Source: a virus
Reading direction: 5' to 3' (one strand)
DNA length: 64,000 nt
IMG/VR virus record: IMGVR_UViG_3300022907_000007
Coordinates: 1-64,000 of that record
In this document: piece by piece, positions 18,654 through 26,761 of the stretch
How the letters are laid out: each line of letters begins with the position of its first letter
How positions within the stretch are numbered: position 1 is the first letter of the stretch
Notes under the pieces: generated by a model
Database searches by the model: none
Told to the model about the DNA's origin: nothing
What the model saw: only the letters and a program-made list of their open reading frames with translations
Program-made: the position numbers and the translations under genes

Positions 18654-20274
18654 ACCAAGTCTTACCAATTTTAGACTCGGCATCTACTGGGCATCGAAAG
18701 CCCAAGGTAAGCCCTGCTTGTGAGGCAGAGTCGCACATGATCTGTGCAACCTCTTCACCATACTTCTCCTCTGTTTCAATTTGAATTTCATCGTGTACAA
18801 ATGCAACCTGTCGCACAGGTAAGCAAAGTCGCTTAAACTTTTGGTGTGCTTCAATACACCACTGCTTTGCAATGATAGCCCCACAACCTTGAAGGAGGCT
18901 GTTGAGTGCGGCGTGCTCAGATCTAACAATGATCCTTCTACCATCCAACCCCGGTACGTACCCTTTGCTCGCCACTTTCTTAACTTTTTCCATAAGTCTT
19001 GATAACGCAGGGGTGTTAGCATAAAAGCGCGACAAGACCTCTTGCCCCTGACGCGCACCTCCCCCGACAATACTACCAATCTTTGCGGGTCCCGCGCCGT
19101 AAAGGGTTGCATAGATGAGAGTCTTAGCCTGCGGTCTCGTAATGCCTGCGGCATCTGCGTTCTTCTGATGGATATCTCCATTCAATAACTCCTCTGTCCA
19201 CTCATCATCCTGCATATAATGGGCAAGACATCTCAACTCGATCCCGCTTAAGTCCGTGCCGCATAAGACATGACCATCATCAACAGTCCACAGACCACGA
19301 CACTCAGGTCCATACTCACTGTTGACACTGGGGATTTGTCCCATGTTTGGTTTTTGGTGGGTCATACGTCCAGTAACAGCACCATTAGTAATCACCCTAC
19401 CATGTACCCTGCCGTCATCCTTGAGGTTATCAATCCATGACTCAAGCAAACCGACACGCTTCTGTATCATCAGGTACTCAGCGATCAACTGCGCTTCAGG
19501 CAGATCAATAGCCTTGAGTGTACCCTCATCAACTATGATAGTACCTTTCTCAGTCTTCTTAGTAAACTTAACACCACGCTCCTGAAGACGCTGTGCGATC
19601 TGTTGTCTTGACCCCACATTGAATACGGTAACCCCATCTTTGAGACGCTTGCCTGTCTTCTCTGACCAACGCTCTTCCACAATCGGAGGAAATATATTTT
19701 GCAAGTGATCAGTAATATAAGCCATTCGATCTTTAAGTTGAGCCAACAAAGTGATAGCTTCTTTCTCGTTGAGTTTGAATCCATTGTCCTCTTGCCTCTT
19801 CATAATAAAAGCGATGCTGTGTTCCAGATCAATAGACACACTGTAGTCTTCTAGTTCTTTGCACAATTGTTTGTACAACTTGACTGTTAAGTTCACGTCT
19901 TGAGAACAATACTCAACCATCTGTTCAGTAAGACCGCCATTGAAATCAGTGAAGTCCTGTTTGTAATCACCAAGACGTTCGCCCCATGCACGTAGACTAT
20001 GGCCACCCTCCAGTTGTGGATTCCATAGCCTTGACATGACCAGAGTATCACGAACTTTGGAGAGGGGAATCTTTACTCCCCAAATCCGTGACAACACTGG
20101 CCCGTCAAACCCAATGATGTTGTGACCTACTACTACATCAGCCTTGTCCACTAGCTCTTGGACTTTCTGTGCGTTTGTGTATACAGATGTATAACTGTCG
20201 TAGTTACATCCACAGCACCAGATTCTGTCGTGCGTTAGGTTGGTCTCAATGTCGAGTACCAATACCTTCATCAT
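18640..20274 (-). CDS. polA: DNA polymerase family A with 3'-5' exonuclease
   Basis: LDIET, HNIIGFD, DLSGIELR, AKTLIYATLYG (Tyr at the E. coli 762-equivalent, as in T7), VHDEIQ. Confidence 0.95.
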   Translation of the reverse strand: MMKVLVLDIETNLTHDRIWCCGCNYDSYTSVYTNAQKVQELVDKADVVVGHNIIGFDGPVLSRIWGVKIPLSKVRDTLVMSRLWNPQLEGGHSLRAWGERLGDYKQDFTDFNGGLTEQMVEYCSQDVNLTVKLYKQLCKELEDYSVSIDLEHSIAFIMKRQEDNGFKLNEKEAITLLAQLKDRMAYITDHLQNIFPPIVEERWSEKTGKRLKDGVTVFNVGSRQQIAQRLQERGVKFTKKTEKGTIIVDEGTLKAIDLPEAQLIAEYLMIQKRVGLLESWIDNLKDDGRVHGRVITNGAVTGRMTHQKPNMGQIPSVNSEYGPECRGLWTVDDGHVLCGTDLSGIELRCLAHYMQDDEWTEELLNGDIHQKNADAAGITRPQAKTLIYATLYGAGPAKIGSIVGGGARQGQEVLSRFYANTPALSRLMEKVKKVASKGYVPGLDGRRIIVRSEHAALNSLLQGCGAIIAKQWCIEAHQKFKRLCLPVRQVAFVHDEIQIETEEKYGEEVAQIMCDSASQAGLTLGFRCPVDAESKIGKTWFDTH

Positions 20275-21881
20275 AACTCCTCATCTTTTACCTCAGTCAT
20301 TCTACCTGTTGCGTGAGTATAAAGCAAGCTACAAGCAGGACCAGTGATACCACAGAAACGATTCTTCAGTACCCGCACGCGAGTGGTATTACGCTCAGTG
20401 ATATCCTCAGCCTGACCGTTACGCTCCAGACCAATCACCATGTCAGATAGCTGTGCGATAGAACCAGAGCCACGCAACTGTGCCAGTGATGTAGCTGTCC
20501 CTTCCTCATGTCCCTTACCTTCAGGACGCTTGAGGTGTGAGACACAGATAAGACATATACCTGTCTCTTGCACCAACATCCGGAGCTTGGTCATGATCTC
20601 ATCTATCGCTTTACGTTCGTCACCACTGGCTTGAGCAGACACCACGATACTAATATGATCGAGAAATATATAACTACACCCCAATCCTTTAGCAAGATAT
20701 CGGACACGATTAATAATGTTATCGACGCTAGTGCTACCGAAATGGTCAAAGAGATATATGCGATCAGTCCCAAGAGTTTTGCTAAAAGCATCACGCTTCT
20801 CCTCTTCAGTGGCATCTGAGTCTGGTAGATGCAGTGGTTGATTTGCCGCAAGCGACATGATAGACAGCGCAGACTTCCGCACTGACTCCTCTAAGAACAT
20901 CAGACCTACGTTGTCCTCTGTCTTATTCAAGATGTGCCATACAATCTCTCGCACAAACTGTGACTTACCTAGTCCAGATCCTGCAGTGATAGTCACTAGC
21001 TCACCCTTACGTACACCATAGGTTAACTTGGTTAACCCTGCGAATGGGTAATCACAGTCCGATGGGGCAACAGGTTTCATTACCTCCTCAAGCAGAGTAC
21101 CACCCGCAACAATACCATCAGGTACGTGCTGTTCAGAAGACCACCACTTGTCAGTGAACTCCTTCATCTTCTTGTTCTGAAGATAGTCGCACGCATCCTT
21201 CATACCATCGAGGTGCATAAAGACTTTGGCTTTACTACCAAAGATCTCTGCCGCCTGTGATGCCGCACGCTTGCCTGCATCGTCACCGTCAAAGCAGATC
21301 ACGACGTTGTCAAAGGAATCTAACCACTCATACTGAGCGCGGATGTCTTTGGCGGCAGAGGCCGCACCGTTCCGTACCGAAACCACCGGATACTTAGACC
21401 CTAGCATTTGGTATGCCGCCATCGCATCGAACTCTCCCTCAACAATGGTGACGTACTTACCACCCTTGCTGAATAGATTCTGTCCGTACAGCACAGCACT
21501 CTTCCAGTCACCTGCGATTGAGAACTGCTTGTCCTCTGCACGTTCCTTCTGTGCCACGAGTTGACCACTCGCATTACAGTAGCCAAAGAATGTAGTGCCG
21601 TCAGCGACAGAGCACTTGTATGCCTTGGCGGTATCGCTACTGATACCACGGTCAATAATTGTACGATACCCTGCGTCTTGGAACTTAGACAGTTGAGTAT
21701 CAGTCAGTTGTTTAGCTTCCACCTGTACCTCCCTATGGGTTGGTGTGTAATCGTCGCTCTGTGAGCCTGTGTATGCCTCGCAGACAAAGCAAAAGGATGA
21801 ACCGTCATCGTTGTATGACAGCCCATCGCTTGAGCCACAGTCACTGCATGGTTGGTGCGTCTTGACAAATGGCACGCTCAT
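20271..21881 (-). CDS. T7 gp4-like DNA primase-helicase
   Basis: CxxC...CxxC zinc finger, TOPRIM EGEFDA/FDGD, Walker A AGSGLGKS, LDHIS, LRGSGSIAQLSD. Confidence 0.95.
   Translation of the reverse strand: MSVPFVKTHQPCSDCGSSDGLSYNDDGSSFCFVCEAYTGSQSDDYTPTHREVQVEAKQLTDTQLSKFQDAGYRTIIDRGISSDTAKAYKCSVADGTTFFGYCNASGQLVAQKERAEDKQFSIAGDWKSAVLYGQNLFSKGGKYVTIVEGEFDAMAAYQMLGSKYPVVSVRNGAASAAKDIRAQYEWLDSFDNVVICFDGDDAGKRAASQAAEIFGSKAKVFMHLDGMKDACDYLQNKKMKEFTDKWWSSEQHVPDGIVAGGTLLEEVMKPVAPSDCDYPFAGLTKLTYGVRKGELVTITAGSGLGKSQFVREIVWHILNKTEDNVGLMFLEESVRKSALSIMSLAANQPLHLPDSDATEEEKRDAFSKTLGTDRIYLFDHFGSTSVDNIINRVRYLAKGLGCSYIFLDHISIVVSAQASGDERKAIDEIMTKLRMLVQETGICLICVSHLKRPEGKGHEEGTATSLAQLRGSGSIAQLSDMVIGLERNGQAEDITERNTTRVRVLKNRFCGITGPACSLLYTHATGRMTEVKDEEL
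21021..21037. repeat. GGTTAAC-N3-GTTAACC motif copy 3
   Basis: GGTTAACTTGGTTAACC inside the helicase domain (GLTKLT). Confidence 0.9.
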
Positions 21882-22080
21882 TCTCCTTGTAGAAATCTGC
21901 CATCAATGATAGCGCATATGACTCCTTGTTGTCAGCGCAGTAGTCTGCAAGAGAAGTCAGCACTCGATGTAATCCATAACGATAAATCAAATCGCAAGTG
22001 TCAACAAGAACTTGATGTTGAATCATCTCTTCCATCGCAAGAGTAAAATCGTCAACAGGAATATTTAAATCTTTATACAC
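21841..22080 (-). CDS. Hypothetical protein
   Basis: AGGAG RBS, GTG start, overlaps primase start. Confidence 0.55.
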   Translation of the reverse strand: MYKDLNIPVDDFTLAMEEMIQHQVLVDTCDLIYRYGLHRVLTSLADYCADNKESYALSLMADFYKENERAICQDAPTMQ

Positions 22081-22158
22081 TTCAGCACTCCTAAGTAGAT
22101 GTAAGAGATAACTAAGATAATAATTATCTCTTGCATATGTCTTTAAAGTAATATTATA

Positions 22159-22356
22159 TCACGAATCAGGACGAAAGTCTGCTTGAAAAAGATCATCATC
22201 ATCTTCATGCATTAGATCCATTCGCTCGACAGCCTTTACCTCATCCTTAACAAAGGTATAACAATGATTGCATAAGTCTATGAATTCATTGGTCTCAGCA
22301 CTCTTGCGTGTGGACTCAAAGTCTGTCAGTTCTACGTTACACGATAGGCATCTCAC
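22159..22356 (-). CDS. Small Zn-binding protein
   Basis: CLSC...LCNHC; AAGGAG RBS before GTG at 22356. Confidence 0.6.
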   Translation of the reverse strand: MRCLSCNVELTDFESTRKSAETNEFIDLCNHCYTFVKDEVKAVERMDLMHEDDDDLFQADFRPDS

Positions 22357-22417
22357 AACTGTGCGCTCCTTATTAAGTACAGTAAGATGACTAGTATAAC
22401 ACACCCGAATAAAAATC

Positions 22418-22651
22418 TCAAACGTGACTCCACGCCCCATCACGGGCATTGACAATTTCCCACACACGTTGCTTGCTGATGCCAAACTTCTCACCGATAG
22501 CCCGCTGAGATAGGCTGTCAAGTTTTTCTTTGGCGCGTATGCGCTCTTGATTCAACTCAAGAATCAATCGAACATCGCTCTCATCAATCTTTGCGTTGTG
22601 ATGCTTCGATCCGCGTGGTGCATAAGGACGATCTGTATCATAATTAGCCAT
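22418..22651 (-). CDS. Helix-turn-helix DNA-binding protein
   Basis: LSQRAIGEKFGISKQRVWEIV HTH; GSKHHNAK N-terminal motif. Confidence 0.75.
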   Translation of the reverse strand: MANYDTDRPYAPRGSKHHNAKIDESDVRLILELNQERIRAKEKLDSLSQRAIGEKFGISKQRVWEIVNARDGAWSHV

Positions 22652-22685
22652 TGTGTTCTACCTTGTATATACAAAAAAAATACGA

Positions 22686-22702
22686 GGTTAACTTGGTTAA
22701 CC
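22686..22702. repeat. GGTTAAC-N3-GTTAACC motif copy 4
   Basis: Intergenic, just upstream of the HTH gene. Confidence 0.9.
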
Positions 22703-22711
22703 CCGCGAGTG

Positions 22712-22999
22712 TTATTCGTAACTTACCTCTTCCATTTTCATTGATGGTCCTTCATCCACAACATAACGCCAGATCTCTCTGTCTGTTCCACACATCCACT
22801 TGACTTCCTCGATGAACCCTTGTGGCAAACTCTGGCTGTAGTCTTCCAACTCAACAGACTGCAAGTGCCATGAGTCAGGGATATCATAACCCTTCTCAAA
22901 CTTCCACACGACATTGAGACAGAACTCATTGTCCTCTGGGTCATACCACCAATGAGTACCGTAATACTCATGACCATCTTTGTATAAGCTAGTTGACAT
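22712..22999 (-). CDS. Hypothetical early protein
   Basis: 95-aa ORF in tightly packed operon. Confidence 0.55.
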   Translation of the reverse strand: MSTSLYKDGHEYYGTHWWYDPEDNEFCLNVVWKFEKGYDIPDSWHLQSVELEDYSQSLPQGFIEEVKWMCGTDREIWRYVVDEGPSMKMEEVSYE

Positions 23000-23342
23000 A
23001 CATCACCCCATACATTCTACCTACTTCATCACGGGTCATAAACTTGTGGTCAATGTCCGCAACATCCTCTGCATCAAGCCATGCATCCTTGGAGTTACCT
23101 CCCGCATCAATACCAAGGAACAACACACGACCTGCATACGGATCAGGGTATATATCAGGGGCATACCAGAACTCAGACTCCTCATGTAACCCATTGTCAT
23201 TGACATAGATTGCATCACCGCCCTCATCATAACCACCACTGCAGAAGATATCACACTGCAAATGCTTACTGATATCTGTGTAGTCATTCACTTCTACATT
23301 CTCAATCGTCTTGAGATATGGATCTACTAATACTGCTTTCAT
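22989..23342 (-). CDS. Hypothetical early protein (DUF3846-like)
   Basis: LVDP...IYVNDNGL...YAGRVLFLG.D..G. Confidence 0.55.
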   Translation of the reverse strand: MKAVLVDPYLKTIENVEVNDYTDISKHLQCDIFCSGGYDEGGDAIYVNDNGLHEESEFWYAPDIYPDPYAGRVLFLGIDAGGNSKDAWLDAEDVADIDHKFMTRDEVGRMYGVMYVN

Positions 23343-23551
23343 TACTTCACCTCTGCTATCAAACCGTCACTCATTGTGACCTGTGCAAAAAACTCACGAC
23401 CTTTGTTAGTCGTAAGCTGTGGTCTGTTAGAGCCTGTCAACACACCATTAGGTCTGTACTCTGGACCAAAGTAGGATGTCTCAGTGTAGTTAAGACGCTG
23501 ACCAATATGCTCACGCATTTCTTTCTTGCTACTGTAATTGAATATCATCAT
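23342..23551 (-). CDS. Hypothetical early protein
   Basis: YSSKKEMREHIGQRL.Y.ETSYFGPEY...REFFAQVTM.DGLI; start uncertain. Confidence 0.55.
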   Translation of the reverse strand: MMIFNYSSKKEMREHIGQRLNYTETSYFGPEYRPNGVLTGSNRPQLTTNKGREFFAQVTMSDGLIAEVK

Positions 23552-23619
23552 GGTTATGTACCTATATGTCATACACTTTTAAAGACAAGCAGTTTTACAT
23601 CATGCTCAGGATGGGAGGA

Positions 23620-24249
23620 TTAACCGATCAGCGCGGCAACGTGCATCTGAGATACTTCATTGCCATCTGCAAAACGCCCACGGTTACATGGCTTGTAAAC
23701 TAATTGCTCACACCATGAGTCCCACAGTTTCTCTGTACTACGATTGACCTTGCACAGGCTGACGTAGTTCATCAGCTTAGCAAACTTAGTCTGCGGCTTG
23801 GTGATGTCAGAGAATGTAAAGTCTTTGGGATCTACCTTGCGGAATCGTCGCAAGTTATGCACATCAAAACAACCAACACGACCGAACATCATCTGCATGA
23901 CAAAGCCTGCCTTGACAGCGCGGAGTCCAGGCACTTCGACAAGACGCAACAACATCGCCGCATCTTTCTGATCCTGAGTACCACCAAACTCTTTCTTCGG
24001 TGACATCCACAACTGCATGAGATCATCATACAATTCCTTGCCGTGTTCTTGCAGATAATTGTGAGTGTCAATCTTGAATCCCCACACATACTTAGAGTTA
24101 ACTTGGTTAACCCTGTAGTCGTCCATCTGACGCTTCATCGTATGGAATGGTGTCTTCACAGACAGCACAACAAACATAATACCCATGCTCATTTGCTCAT
24201 GGTTCTCTTGCATATACGCATTGATAATTGGATTATGATTCTTGAACAT
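23620..24249 (-). CDS. HhH-GPD superfamily DNA glycosylase-like protein (Ogg2-like)
   Basis: LVEVPGLRAVKAGF HhH motif with Lys, followed by CFDVHNLR (catalytic Asp position). Confidence 0.6.
   Translation of the reverse strand: MFKNHNPIINAYMQENHEQMSMGIMFVVLSVKTPFHTMKRQMDDYRVNQVNSKYVWGFKIDTHNYLQEHGKELYDDLMQLWMSPKKEFGGTQDQKDAAMLLRLVEVPGLRAVKAGFVMQMMFGRVGCFDVHNLRRFRKVDPKDFTFSDITKPQTKFAKLMNYVSLCKVNRSTEKLWDSWCEQLVYKPCNRGRFADGNEVSQMHVAALIG
24096..24112. repeat. GGTTAAC-N3-GTTAACC motif copy 5
   Basis: AGTTAACTTGGTTAACC, encodes VNQVN. Confidence 0.9.
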
Positions 24250-24346
24250 TATTTTAACCCTCTCAAGAAATTAGAAATAACTTGGGACAGCAAATGCGCC
24301 GCCCCAATAAAGGCCAACAGGCCAAGCCACAGTACAAAGAACTCCA

Positions 24347-24640
24347 TCAGTCTTGAAACTCCGGAGTGTCTATCCCTTCATATGCTTCCATGATCTGACG
24401 ACAATGAGTGTGAAAGAACTCTTGCATTCTTGTCTCAAGATCACGAGCTTGATCATACGATAACTCACGCGCAACATGACGTATCGCCCAATAAGCACCA
24501 CCAATCTTGCAACTCACGCGAGGCTCGAAAGTCTTCGGTTCGTTGTAAGCCACAGCATATTTATCAACGTCTTCAGGTCTTGTAATATCCTCAACAACTT
24601 CGCTGATGAACGCACCAAGTAATGTTTTAACTGTAATCAT
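24347..24640 (-). CDS. Hypothetical early protein
   Basis: GGAGG RBS before ATG 24640. Confidence 0.6.
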   Translation of the reverse strand: MITVKTLLGAFISEVVEDITRPEDVDKYAVAYNEPKTFEPRVSCKIGGAYWAIRHVARELSYDQARDLETRMQEFFHTHCRQIMEAYEGIDTPEFQD

Positions 24641-24656
24641 TTTGCAACCCTCCACA

Positions 24657-24673
24657 GGTTAACCAAGTTAACT
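24657..24673. repeat. GGTTAAC-N3-GTTAACC motif copy 6 (spacer inverted)
   Basis: GGTTAACCAAGTTAACT, intergenic. Confidence 0.9.
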
Positions 24674-24769
24674 TCACAGCCGGAATGCATACTGTCGCCC
24701 GACTGTGTAAGCACAGTATAACACAGCAGACCCAGTAAATCCGGCGTAAAAAAATTTATTTTAGACAAA

Positions 24770-24792
24770 GAAAAAGGGGCTTTCGCCCCTCT
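24770..24792 (-). terminator. Rho-independent terminator after first early gene
   Basis: Minus strand AGGGGC-GAAA-GCCCCTTTTT. Confidence 0.8.
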
Positions 24793-24797
24793 CTCGA

Positions 24798-25337
24798 TTA
24801 TGCCGCTTTCGGTGCGGCGGTCAGTTCCTTGAATGCTTTCTGGATATCGGCTTGGCTGTATCCCTCCTCGAATGCTTTCTCGATCAGTGCATTCATCTTC
24901 TCGCCGAGATCCCATTTCTTTGGTTGCGCCTCATCCCCTTCGGCTTCGCGGCAGAGTCCGGCCAGTGCGTTGATATTGGTGGCGCCCTTGAATTCTTGAA
25001 CGACCATTGTCTTACCTTCGCCATTTCCCCATAGTTCGGGTTGCTCCTGTTGCTTTTTGCGGATGCCTAGTGCAAAATCTAGGATGCATTTTCTCGCTGA
25101 TTTCAGCGCCTTGATGCTTTTCTTATCCCGTCCGGACGCGAGTAACATGGAATCAAAATCAGCGCAATAGGCCTTAATGATATCTTTGTCGAGGTTAACC
25201 GAGTTAACCATGTCAATCATGTTATCCACTTGCTTACCATCAGTAGAGTTTACAATCAACTCCACATCAGTATTCAAGAACTTCGCGTAAGACGCACCTT
25301 TCCCATCGAATTGAATCGCTTCGTTTTTAGTAGTCAT
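24798..25337 (-). CDS. First early gene, unknown function
   Basis: 179 aa, GGAGG RBS, own promoter and terminator. Confidence 0.7.
   Translation of the reverse strand: MTTKNEAIQFDGKGASYAKFLNTDVELIVNSTDGKQVDNMIDMVNSVNLDKDIIKAYCADFDSMLLASGRDKKSIKALKSARKCILDFALGIRKKQQEQPELWGNGEGKTMVVQEFKGATNINALAGLCREAEGDEAQPKKWDLGEKMNALIEKAFEEGYSQADIQKAFKELTAAPKAA
25193..25209. repeat. GGTTAAC-N3-GTTAACC motif copy 7 (spacer inverted)
   Basis: GGTTAACCGAGTTAACC, encodes VNSVN. Confidence 0.9.
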
Positions 25338-25400
25338 GAGACCCTCCAGTCTATATATTTACTATTTAATTTATGATCATTTGTTATTGACCATATGTAC

Positions 25401-25428
25401 ATATTACCAGAGTCAGGGTAGATAGCAA
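25401..25428 (-). promoter_or_regulatory. Putative sigma70 promoter of first early gene
   Basis: Minus strand TTGCTA-N16-TAATAT with TGn extension. Confidence 0.5.
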
Positions 25429-25433
25429 GCAAT

Positions 25434-25450
25434 TGTTAACCGAGTTAACC
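25434..25450. repeat. GGTTAAC-N3-GTTAACC motif copy 8 (spacer inverted)
   Basis: TGTTAACCGAGTTAACC immediately upstream of the putative -35. Confidence 0.85.
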
Positions 25451-25563
25451 TTGTATATTTCTATCGATATGGCTGGGGTGATAGTTTAATACTATGGGGA
25501 GGCTATAGCGGGTACTTATCAGACCCTCACATTCAATAGTCTGGGGCAATGATTGCGTTATCT

Positions 25564-25580
25564 AGCAAGAACTATGCCAA
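25564..25580 (-). promoter_or_regulatory. sigma54 (-24/-12) site 1
   Basis: Minus strand TTGGCATAGTTCTTGCT = GG-N10-GC. Confidence 0.7.
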
Positions 25581-25588
25581 CTTTTCCA

Positions 25589-25605
25589 TGCAAGAGGCGT
25601 GCCAA
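25589..25605 (-). promoter_or_regulatory. sigma54 (-24/-12) site 2
   Basis: Minus strand TTGGCACGCCTCTTGCA, full match to TGGCACG-N4-TTGCW. Confidence 0.75.
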
Positions 25606-25827
25606 CTATGGAGGGGCGGGGGAGGCGCACAACAGTACGTCGAATATAGTGTACCTGCTTAGACACAATAAAGGGTGAAATTAGGATTTAAATAAGAATG
25701 GTTCGCATTTGCGTAAAAGAGCTATAAGTATATTGTTATTAATAGTAAAAATCAATCGCGCACTGCGGAGAACAGTCTACTGAAACCCGCTGAGTAAAGG
25801 GAATCTGTACTGATCTTTAAAAAGAGC

Positions 25828-25856
25828 TTGACATTTACTAAAAAGTATGCTACAAT
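25828..25856 (+). promoter_or_regulatory. sigma70 promoter for packaging operon
   Basis: TTGACA-N17-TACAAT with TATG extension. Confidence 0.8.
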
Positions 25857-25947
25857 ATTAGCACTAAAGAGATACGCAAGAGACATATGCAAAAGAATTA
25901 ATATTTAAAAGTAATAATCTCTTGCGATAAACTACATAGAGTACAGA

Positions 25948-26331
25948 ATGACTGAGAATACTCAACCTAAAAAGCGTGGAAGACCCAAGAAGAGTCTTGT
26001 TGAATCCAAGAAGCCGGGCAATCGCGGTGTTAGAGGAAGACCTCCCGGCGATGCGGCGGCAATCAATGAGTTCAAAGCCCGATTGTTGTCCTCTCCACGG
26101 TCGCAAAAGGTACTCGATAGTATTATGAGTGCCGCATTAGACGATGAACACAAGAATCAAGCGGCGGCATGGAAGTTATTAATGGATCGTATGTTACCCG
26201 TTAGTTATTTCGAGAAAGATAAAAACAATATGGGGCGATCTGCTGTATCTATTACCATCACTGGTGTAGGTGGAGAAACTGTAATCACAAATGACGAGGA
26301 TATAATTGATGTTACCCCCGAATCTGATTGA
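25948..26331 (+). CDS. Putative terminase small subunit
   Basis: KKRGRPK N-terminus, AWKLLMDR helix, first gene of late arm upstream of TerL. Confidence 0.55.
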   Translation: MTENTQPKKRGRPKKSLVESKKPGNRGVRGRPPGDAAAINEFKARLLSSPRSQKVLDSIMSAALDDEHKNQAAAWKLLMDRMLPVSYFEKDKNNMGRSAVSITITGVGGETVITNDEDIIDVTPESD

Positions 26332-26761
26332 TGTCATCAAGGAAGACCTTGTTAAACACGAAGGATACGTAACAGAAATCTATCTATGTTCTGAGAACTA
26401 CCCTACCTTTGGGATTGGTCACATGGTTACGGAAAATGATATGGAACATACGTGGCCTGTTGGTACACCAGTGACTGATGAGCGTATCCTCCAAGTATTC
26501 CATGATGATTGTAACGCCGCTTGCGTAGATGCAAGTGCATTGTTCCTAAACTTTAGCTCACATCCTGAAGATGTACAGCGTGTGTTAGTGAACATGGCGT
26601 TTAATCTAGGGCGTTCACGCTTAGGTAAGTTTAAGAATATGATTACTGCTGTCAATGAGGGGAACTACTCCAAGGCCGCAGATGAGATGGTAGATTCAAA
26701 GTGGTATCGTCAGGTTAAACGCCGTGGCGAAGAACTCGTGGAGATAATGCGTGGCGTATAA
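26306..26761 (+). CDS. GH24 (T4-type) lysozyme
   Basis: HEG....Y......TFGIGH, NMAFNLG, AADEMVDSKWYRQV.RR. Confidence 0.85.
   Translation: MMLPPNLIDVIKEDLVKHEGYVTEIYLCSENYPTFGIGHMVTENDMEHTWPVGTPVTDERILQVFHDDCNAACVDASALFLNFSSHPEDVQRVLVNMAFNLGRSRLGKFKNMITAVNEGNYSKAADEMVDSKWYRQVKRRGEELVEIMRGV

Noticed and set aside
12922-25450. GTTAAC array as CtrA, LexA or CRISPR repeats
   Set aside because: Spacing is TTAA-N5-TTAA, not CtrA's N7; it does not match GTTC-N7-GTTC or CTGT-N8-ACAG; copies are hundreds to thousands of bp apart, unlike CRISPR
25541-25557. Third sigma54 site on plus strand (TGGGGCAATGATTGCG)
   Set aside because: GG-N10-GC spacing only; lacks the conserved CA of the -24 element
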